Source: Myxococcota bacterium | Lineage (GTDB): Bacteria > Myxococcota > JACRCW01 | DNA length: 17,940 bases | Reading direction: 5' to 3' | NCBI GenBank assembly: GCA_040752415.1 | Contig: JBFMGU010000212.1 | Span: 1-17,940, forward strand | In this document: piece after piece, positions 11,611 through 17,940 of the stretch | Layout: each line of letters opens with the position of its first letter | How positions within the stretch are numbered: the stretch's first letter is position 1 | The notes under the pieces: model-generated | What the model was told of the DNA's origin: nothing | The model's database searches: none | Seen by the model: the letters and a program-made list of their open reading frames with translations, nothing else | Program-made: the position numbers and the translations under genes

Positions 11611-12876
11611 ATGGCATCCAATCATTCTTTCTTCACCATCATCCCGCCCAACACGAAGTTCGACTTCGTTGGGAACAGCAAGCGCTTCTTCACGCTCAGC
11701 GGCGGGGTGCTCGTCCTGGCGCTCCTGGGCCTGGTGTTCGTGCGGATCAACTGGGGCGTGGAGTTCGTGGGTGGCACGGAGATCCAGGTCAAGTTCCCCG
11801 AAAAGGTGGACGAGAACGAGATCCGCAAGATCCTCGACGAGGCCAAGCTGGAAGGCGCCTCCGTCCAGCAGTTCGGCGCCCCCGAGAACAACGAGTACCT
11901 GCTGCGCGTGGAGCGCATCAGCGTGCTGACCACGGACAAGGTGGCCGCCGCCAAGACGCAGCTGCAGCAGGTGCTGGGCGACAAGTTCCTGGAGCTTCAA
12001 GCCAGCGAGCGCGAGGGCGACCGCCTCACCGTCTACGTGAAGGGCACGCCCATGGAGAACCAGCCCACGCCAGACCCGGCCGCCGCGCAGAGCGGTGCCG
12101 CACCCGCTCCCGTGGCCATCACCGACAAGACGCTGGAGCCCAACGGCAAGCTCATTGAGGACGCGGTCAAGGCCGCTGGGCTGGAGCTGCGTCCCCATGA
12201 CAGGCGCAAGAGCATCATCTCCGAGGACCGCGAGGAGCACATCGTGTTCGTGAAGGGTGTGAGCTCGCGCGTGATGGAGGCGCTGCGGGGTCGGTTTGGA
12301 GAGAAGGTGGAGGAGCGTCGGACGGACTACGTGGACGCCACCGTGGCGGAGGAGCTGCGCACCGACGGCATCCTGGCCCTGCTCTACGCGCTGGGCGTGA
12401 TGCTCCTCTACATTGCCATCCGTTTTGACTTCTACTTCTCCCCCGGCGCCATTGTGGCCCTGTTCCACGACGTGCTGGTGGCCCTGGGCGTGGTGGTCTG
12501 GGCGCGGTTGGACTTTGACCTGACGTTGGTGGCCGCGTTCCTCACCATCATCGGCTACTCCATCAATGACACCATCGTGATCTACGACCGTGTCCGTGAG
12601 CAGCTCACCGGCAAGGAGGGCATCGTGGAGCTGGAGGACCTGGTGAACCGCAGCGTGAATGAGACGCTCTCGCGCACGGTGCTGACGTCGGGCGCCACGT
12701 TGTTCGTGTGTCTGGCGCTGCTGCTGTTCGGCGGGCGGGCGCTGCAGGGCCTGGCGCTGGCGTTGTGCGTGGGCATCATCACCGGCACGTACTCCAGCTT
12801 CGCCATTGCCACGCCTACCTACCTCTGGCTCAAGCGGAAGTTCCCGCACGGCATCCTGCAGCCGGCCAAGGGTTGA
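11611..12876 (+). CDS. secF: Protein translocase subunit SecF
   Basis: 421 aa with NWGVEFVGGT, YIAIRF, ALFHDV, IIGYSINDTIVIYDRVRE, TLSRT and GTYSSFAIA; starts 11 nt after secD. Confidence 0.97.
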   Translation: MASNHSFFTIIPPNTKFDFVGNSKRFFTLSGGVLVLALLGLVFVRINWGVEFVGGTEIQVKFPEKVDENEIRKILDEAKLEGASVQQFGAPENNEYLLRVERISVLTTDKVAAAKTQLQQVLGDKFLELQASEREGDRLTVYVKGTPMENQPTPDPAAAQSGAAPAPVAITDKTLEPNGKLIEDAVKAAGLELRPHDRRKSIISEDREEHIVFVKGVSSRVMEALRGRFGEKVEERRTDYVDATVAEELRTDGILALLYALGVMLLYIAIRFDFYFSPGAIVALFHDVLVALGVVVWARLDFDLTLVAAFLTIIGYSINDTIVIYDRVREQLTGKEGIVELEDLVNRSVNETLSRTVLTSGATLFVCLALLLFGGRALQGLALALCVGIITGTYSSFAIATPTYLWLKRKFPHGILQPAKG

Positions 12877-12895
12877 GGCTCCGAGCTGGTGCATG

Positions 12896-12935
12896 AAAAC
12901 GAAAAGGCCGCCCTCACCGGCGGCTTTTTCGTTTC
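12896..12935. terminator. Bidirectional intrinsic terminator between convergent secF and map
   Basis: aaacgaaaaggccgcc-ctcacc-ggcggctttttcgttt forms a 16-bp stem (one G-U) with a 6-nt loop; a T run on the + side and an A run on the other give U tails on both strands. Confidence 0.9.
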
Positions 12936-12953
12936 GACGTTGCGGCGCCGCGC

Positions 12954-13733
12954 TCAGTCTTCGAGGCGGGTCAGGATCTCCACCCCGGTATCCGTCACCG
13001 CGATGGTGTGCTCGAACTGCGCGGAGAGGGAGCCGTCCTTGGTTACGGCGGTCCACCCGTCGTCGAGGATCTCCACCCGGTAGTCCCCGGCGTTGATCAT
13101 CGGCTCGATGGTGAACACCATCCCCGCGCGGAGGCGCAGTCCGCGGCCCCGCTTGCCAAAGTGCGGGACCTGCGGCTCGGTGTGGAACGCGCGGCCAATG
13201 CCGTGCCCCACGAAGTCCCGCACCACGCTGTAGCCACGACCTTCCGCGTACTCCTGGATGGCCGCGCCCAGGTCACCAATCCGCGCGCCGGGCTTCACCT
13301 CCGCAATGGCCCTTCGCAGGCACTCCCGCGTGGTCTCGACGAGGTCCTTGGCCTTCTCGCTCACCTTGCCCACGTAGAACGTCTCACTGGTGTCCCCGTG
13401 GTAGCCGTCCAGGATGGGCGTGACGTCGATGTTGATGATGTCCCCTTCCTTCAGCAGCTGCCTCTTGCTGGGGATGCCGTGGCACACCACGTTGTTGATG
13501 GACGTGCAGATGTGCTTGGGGAACCCGTGGTAGCCAAAAGGCGCGCTGATGGCGCCACGGGCCACCGTCCATTCATGGCAGAGCCGGTCCAATTCCTCCG
13601 TGCTGACGCCCGGCTTCACGTGCGGCTCGATGTAGCGCATCAACTGCGCGGCCAGCCGGCCGGCGGCGCGCATCTTCTTCAGCTCTTCCGGTCCCTTGAT
13701 GGCCACGGACTGGGGACGCTGTTCCAGGTCCAT
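12954..13733 (-). CDS. map: Methionine aminopeptidase, type I
   Basis: 259 aa with CTSINNVVCHGIP, NIDVT, HGDTSETF, GHGIG..FH, FTIEPM and SAQFEHT; SD AGGAG upstream. Confidence 0.97.
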   Translation of the reverse strand: MDLEQRPQSVAIKGPEELKKMRAAGRLAAQLMRYIEPHVKPGVSTEELDRLCHEWTVARGAISAPFGYHGFPKHICTSINNVVCHGIPSKRQLLKEGDIINIDVTPILDGYHGDTSETFYVGKVSEKAKDLVETTRECLRRAIAEVKPGARIGDLGAAIQEYAEGRGYSVVRDFVGHGIGRAFHTEPQVPHFGKRGRGLRLRAGMVFTIEPMINAGDYRVEILDDGWTAVTKDGSLSAQFEHTIAVTDTGVEILTRLED

Positions 13734-13842
13734 GCGTTGCAGCTCCTGGCCGGGCTACCGGCACCTCGTGCGGCCGTTGTAGCTGCCCAGGTGGGGACAC
13801 GCCAGGATTGCGGAGAACGCCCGAGGCCAGGATGACGTGGGC

Positions 13843-14868
13843 TCAGCGCTCCCGGAGCGTGGCGGCGGCCTCTTCCGGCAGGACGGTGTTGATGCGCAGT
13901 CCCGCGCCGCCCTCGAACGCGCCCACCCGCGACGTCACCGGCGCCACCGTGATGTGCCAGTGGAACGTCCCCAGCTCCACGCTGTCCCGACCACGCCACG
14001 GCGCGGTGCGCAGCCACAGGTGGTACGCGGGCTTCCCCAGCTTGGCGTCCAGGCGACGCAGCCCCTCGCGCAGCACCCCCGCCACCTCATGCAGCACGGC
14101 GTCCTCGGTGTCCTCCAGCGCGGGGCGGTGCTGCAGGGGCGCGGCCACCAGCTCGTATGGAACGCGGGAGGCAAACGGCGCCACCACGCACGCGCCCGGC
14201 CCCTCGACGACCAACCGCTCCCCGAGGGCACGCTCATGACGGAGGACGTCGCACAGCGGGCAGCGACCGTGCGCCGCGCGGTACCGCGCCACCGCGTCCA
14301 GCTCCGCGGTGAACGAGGGCGGGATGAACGGGAGGGCGAGCAGCTGGCTGTGCGGGTGGAGCACCGTGGCGCCGGCGGCCCCGCCGCGGTTCTTGAAGAG
14401 GACGCCGCAGGCCAGTCGTCCGTCGCGACGCAGGTCCGCAAGCCGCGCGCGCCACGCGCACAACACCTCGAATACGCGGGACGCCTCGAGCGTGGAGAGG
14501 TCGGCCGTGCGGTCCGGGTCCTCCACAATCACCTCGTGCGCGCCCAGCCCGCCCATGCGGTCAGACGGTCCCTCCGGCGTTCCCAGGGCCGCATCCTCGA
14601 CGCGCAGCGCGGGATACAGGTTGGGGAACGCGCGCACGCGCCAGCTGCTGTCATTGGATTTCCCGCCGGGCGGACGCAGGGCAAACACCTCCCGCGGCGT
14701 CATGCTCTCGTTCCCGGCGGCAAATGGCCCCGCCTCCTTGGCGTCCAGGAGCGGCGGGGAGTCCGCGGGTTGCGGCCGCGCGGCGCGACCGGGCGCCATG
14801 ATGACCCACTCGCCGCGGTACGGGTCGCGACGGAACTGGCTGTGCTGCTCCTGGGCGTGCGGGTCCAT
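13843..14868 (-). CDS. GalT-like (HIT superfamily) hexose-1-phosphate nucleotidyltransferase / NDP-sugar phosphorylase
   Basis: C-terminal 341 aa of the 654-aa track ORF; the ATG at 14868 is preceded by GAGGAG. Motifs RRDPYRGEWVIMAPGRAARP, WRVRAFPNLYPAL, GAHEVIVE, FKNRGGAAGATVLHPHSQ, CPLC, PFASRVPYE, FHWHI, AFEGGAG..IN.V.PE.AA. Confidence 0.88.
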   Translation of the reverse strand: MDPHAQEQHSQFRRDPYRGEWVIMAPGRAARPQPADSPPLLDAKEAGPFAAGNESMTPREVFALRPPGGKSNDSSWRVRAFPNLYPALRVEDAALGTPEGPSDRMGGLGAHEVIVEDPDRTADLSTLEASRVFEVLCAWRARLADLRRDGRLACGVLFKNRGGAAGATVLHPHSQLLALPFIPPSFTAELDAVARYRAAHGRCPLCDVLRHERALGERLVVEGPGACVVAPFASRVPYELVAAPLQHRPALEDTEDAVLHEVAGVLREGLRRLDAKLGKPAYHLWLRTAPWRGRDSVELGTFHWHITVAPVTSRVGAFEGGAGLRINTVLPEEAAATLRER

Positions 14869-14927
14869 GGTCTCCTCGGCCGGTTGTCGTCGGGCGGAGG
14901 CGCTCTTACCCGCGCGCGGGGAGCGGT

Positions 14928-15587
14928 TCAATGCACCGTCTCTCGCCACGCCTTGGCCAGGGGCACCAGCGCATCCGCCGCGCCATCCAGCACGAACTGG
15001 ACCGCAATGGTGGCCAGGATGAGCCCCATCACCCGGCCCAGGATCTTCAGCCCCGTCTCCCCCAGCACCCGCTTCACGTAGTGGCTGTGGGCCAGGATGA
15101 CGTACGCCGCCACCATGGTGACGACGATGGCCACCAGCAGCATCCCCGTCTCCACGACGCTGCGCGCCTGCAGACCCAAGGAGATGACCGTGGCAATGGC
15201 CCCCGGCCCGCTGAGGATGGGGATGGCCAGCGGGACCAGGGCGATGTCGTCCTTGGCGATGCCCTCCTCCACTTCTTCCGCGGTCTGACGTTGGGGCGCG
15301 GGCTCCGCCGCCAGCATGTGCGTGCCCACCCGGAACAGGATGAACCCGCCGGCAATCCGCAATGCGGCCACGGTGATGCCGAAGACGGTGAACAGCAGGT
15401 TGCCGCTCAGGCCAAAGAAGACCAGCACGCACCCGCTGATGAAGCACGCCCGACGCGCCATGGCGCGCTGCTGCTCGGGCGTGTCGCGCTGGGTCATGGC
15501 CAGGAAGACGGGCACCGCGCCCGGCGGGTCCACGATGATGAACACGCTGGTCAGGCACAGCAACGTGAATGTCCAGAGGCCTTCCAT
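14928..15587 (-). CDS. MarC family integral membrane protein
   Basis: 219 aa, about 6 TM, with FIIVDPPGAVPVF, FGITVAALRIAGG, IALVPLAIPILSGPGAIATV and RVMGLILATIAVQF. Confidence 0.93.
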   Translation of the reverse strand: MEGLWTFTLLCLTSVFIIVDPPGAVPVFLAMTQRDTPEQQRAMARRACFISGCVLVFFGLSGNLLFTVFGITVAALRIAGGFILFRVGTHMLAAEPAPQRQTAEEVEEGIAKDDIALVPLAIPILSGPGAIATVISLGLQARSVVETGMLLVAIVVTMVAAYVILAHSHYVKRVLGETGLKILGRVMGLILATIAVQFVLDGAADALVPLAKAWRETVH

Positions 15588-15690
15588 GCGCAGCAGTCAT
15601 GCCCGGGAGCCCACGACGAAAGCAAACGGGTACCGTGCCCCTGCTCTGCCGCGTGGTGTGGGACCCGGCTGGGGACGCCGCTTCCTGCGC

Positions 15691-15720
15691 TTGCCGGACA
15701 AGGTGCCATGACCGCAGAAT
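15691..15720 (+). promoter_or_regulatory. Putative promoter for the DinG-family helicase
   Basis: TTGCCG (15691-15696), 18-nt spacer, CAGAAT (15715-15720), 13 nt before the ATG at 15734. Confidence 0.4.
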
Positions 15721-15733
15721 TCCCGACGCAGCC

Positions 15734-17683
15734 ATGGAGTACATCGACGAGGTCTTCGGGCGGTCGGGCCACCTCTCACGCGGCAAGGACGGGTACCAGC
15801 CTCGCAATGGTCAGCTCATCCTGGCGCGCGCCATTGATGCGGCCATCGTCGGTGGTGCGCACCTGCTGGCCGAGGCGCCCACGGGCACGGGCAAGAGCTT
15901 TGCCTACCTGGTTCCGGCGATCTTCCACGCCGTCAAGAACGACAAGAGGGTGGTGGTGGCCACCGCCAACATCACCCTGCAGGAGCAGCTCATCCAGAAG
16001 GACCTGCCGACGTTGGCAAAGGTGTTGCCGTGGAAGTTCTCGTTCGAGCAGGTGAAGGGCAAGCGCAACTACCTGTGCCTGGACAAGCTTTCCCAGCATG
16101 AAGGCCAGTTGGAGCTGGGCCTGGATGCCGACGAGGGGCAGCAGGCCAACGCGATCCGCGCGTGGTGCGACAGGACGGCAACCGGGGACAAGAGCGAGCT
16201 CCCATTCGAGCCCGCGCCGCGCGTGTGGAACCGCCTGGCCATCATGGATGAGGACGAGTGCAAGGGCAGCGAGTGCAGTCTGTACCGGGAGTGCTTCATC
16301 ACCCGCGCCCGCGCCCGTGCCAAGGAGAGCCACGTTGTTGTGACCAACCAGCATCTCCTGATGGCGCATGCTCACCTCGGCAACGACGTCATCCTGCCGC
16401 CGTTCCAGGTGGCGGTGCTGGATGAGGCACACCGCGCCGCCGACACGGCTCGGGAGTTCTACGGTTTCCGGCTGGGGGAGGTTTCGTTGGACCGGGCGGC
16501 GCGCGTGGTCAGCGGCCTGGCTGGCCCGGCGGCTGGCCAGCCGCTGTTGGACAAAGCCCGGGTGTTCTTTGCACAGCTGCGGCGTTACCGGGACTCGGAT
16601 GCGTACCGGGCGCGGCTCAAGGAGCGCGACCCGGTGGACTGGGGTCCGCTCGACCAGTCAGCGGGCGTCGCGGAGCAGAGTGTCCGGGAGAAGATCGATC
16701 CCAAGCTGTGGCCGGACACCTTGGAGCCCCGCGAAGCGTACCGGCTGATGAATGAGATGGACCGTGAAGAGCGCGGCCATACCGCCTCAGTCCGGAACGC
16801 AATCACCCGGGTGCGCTCCATCCGGCACCGCCTGGGGGCAGCCATGCGCCTTGAGGGCGAAGGCCGCGTCTATTTCCTGGAGAGCGACGAGAAGGACCGG
16901 GTGAGCGTGGTGTGCAAACCGATCGAAGTTGCCGAGCAGCTCAAACAAGGCCTCTTCGACCGCACGCCGTGCGTGATCGCCACGTCGGCGACGTTGGCGG
17001 TCGACGGCGGGTTCGCGTTTGCGCGGCAGCAGCTTGGCGCCGGCAAGGCGCGGACCTTGACCGTGCCGTCGCCGTTCAACTGGTCAAGGCAGGCGTTGCT
17101 GGTGACGCCCACGGACATGCCGGAGCCGAACAGCGGCGAATACAAGGATGCCGTGGGCCGGGCGCTCGCCGAGGTGGTAAGGCAGGCGCGTGGCCGCACC
17201 CTGGCCTTGTTCACGTCGGCGGAGGGCATGCATGTGGCGTACAGGCACGTGAAGGACTGCGGCTACCGGGTGCTCATGCAGGGGAAGGACGGCACCCGCG
17301 CAAGCCTCATCGAGGAGTTCCGCCGCGACGTAGGCTCCGTGCTGTTGGGACTGGAGAGCTTCTGGGCGGGGATCGACGTACCGGGTGAATCGCTCTCGTG
17401 CGTGGTGATTGACCGCCTGCCGTTCCTGCCACCCGACGACCCCGTCGTCGACGGGTGGGGAGGCAATCCCGGCGACGCGTTCCGCGAATACACGCTGCCG
17501 CGCGCGGTCATTGCGTTCAAACAAGGATTCGGGCGACTCATCCGCGCGCCGACGGACCGCGGTTGCGTCGTGCTGCTTGATCCGCGAGTCAACACCAAGC
17601 GCTATGGGAGGTCATTCCTGCGTGCGCTGCCGGGAATTCCGCGCACGACAAAACTCGACGACATCCGCGCGTTCCTCGGGTGA
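15734..17683 (+). CDS. DinG/YoaA-family ATP-dependent DNA helicase with Fe-S cluster
   Basis: Start placed at MEYIDEVFG (ATG 15734), giving 649 aa. Q motif RNGQ, Walker A EAPTGTGKS, four Fe-S Cys (NYLC; CKGSECSLYREC), LDEAH, TSATL, SPF, LALFTS, SFWAGIDVPG, RLPF and QGFGRLIR. Confidence 0.93.
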   Translation: MEYIDEVFGRSGHLSRGKDGYQPRNGQLILARAIDAAIVGGAHLLAEAPTGTGKSFAYLVPAIFHAVKNDKRVVVATANITLQEQLIQKDLPTLAKVLPWKFSFEQVKGKRNYLCLDKLSQHEGQLELGLDADEGQQANAIRAWCDRTATGDKSELPFEPAPRVWNRLAIMDEDECKGSECSLYRECFITRARARAKESHVVVTNQHLLMAHAHLGNDVILPPFQVAVLDEAHRAADTAREFYGFRLGEVSLDRAARVVSGLAGPAAGQPLLDKARVFFAQLRRYRDSDAYRARLKERDPVDWGPLDQSAGVAEQSVREKIDPKLWPDTLEPREAYRLMNEMDREERGHTASVRNAITRVRSIRHRLGAAMRLEGEGRVYFLESDEKDRVSVVCKPIEVAEQLKQGLFDRTPCVIATSATLAVDGGFAFARQQLGAGKARTLTVPSPFNWSRQALLVTPTDMPEPNSGEYKDAVGRALAEVVRQARGRTLALFTSAEGMHVAYRHVKDCGYRVLMQGKDGTRASLIEEFRRDVGSVLLGLESFWAGIDVPGESLSCVVIDRLPFLPPDDPVVDGWGGNPGDAFREYTLPRAVIAFKQGFGRLIRAPTDRGCVVLLDPRVNTKRYGRSFLRALPGIPRTTKLDDIRAFLG

Positions 17684-17940
17684 GGTTCGGGGGCCATCCC
17701 GGGTCCGGGGTCCCTCGTAGGACCAACCCTGTGCCGCGGGCTGCGTCAGAACAATTTGCCGAGGTCTGCGAGGCGGGCGAACACCTAACCCCCCCACGTT
17801 CTCGCCGCCGCATCCACTCGCCCCCCTTCCCCACACCCGCTCACCGCCCACGTGATGCGGATCAGGCGACCGTCGGTATCGCCGGCAGCCGAGGCTGCAC
17901 CTGGAAATTCACCAAGCCCTGCCCTCGTGGACCACTTTCA

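Noticed and set aside
15620..15685. GCAAAC...GGGACGC resemblance to a c-di-GMP-I riboswitch
   Set aside because: There is no GNRA-capped P2 stem and no GCAAAG after GGACG; the spacing is wrong.
15569..15733. N-terminal extension of the helicase in the ORF track
   Set aside because: It overlaps the marC start and the divergent promoter region; helicase-like sequence begins at MEYIDEVFG.
15588..15733. LexA/SOS box upstream of the DinG-like gene
   Set aside because: I could not find an E. coli-type CTG-N10-CAG with an AT-rich core or a Myxococcus-type ...GTTCAG box.
13843..15807. 654-aa ORF suggesting a fusion or N-terminal extension of the GalT-like protein
   Set aside because: The extension overlaps marC out of frame and is low-complexity; a good SD (GAGGAG) and family homology begin at ATG 14868.
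17684..17760. GGTTCG right after the helicase stop as a tRNA T-arm or att site
   Set aside because: It is not followed by RANYCC and no cloverleaf can be built.

Overview
High-GC bacterial chromosomal window, most consistent with Myxococcota or a related deltaproteobacterial lineage (inferred from codon bias, a membrane TPR/PEGA-like Ser/Thr kinase and signal-peptide/TPR proteins). It is mostly housekeeping, with 14 supportable CDSs. Left, minus strand: long-chain acyl-CoA ligase -> secreted Ca-loop/discoidin-like protein -> Pro/Ala-rich membrane protein that runs off the window and is missing from the ORF track. Centre, plus strand: 6-phosphofructokinase -> membrane Ser/Thr kinase -> exported TPR membrane protein -> tgt -> yajC -> secD -> secF, ending in a clear bidirectional terminator. 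Right, minus strand: marC -> GalT/HIT-family nucleotidyltransferase -> map. A divergent DinG/YoaA Fe-S helicase with weaker codon bias follows. I found no tRNA, rRNA, CRISPR array or mobile element. The most interesting points are: a pfk-kinase pair like M. xanthus pfk-pkn4, here joined through a TPR gene to tgt-yajC-secDF; a GalT-like enzyme that has lost three ligands of its first Zn site; and 13-bp inverted repeats over two promoter regions. I cannot claim a new system from sequence alone.
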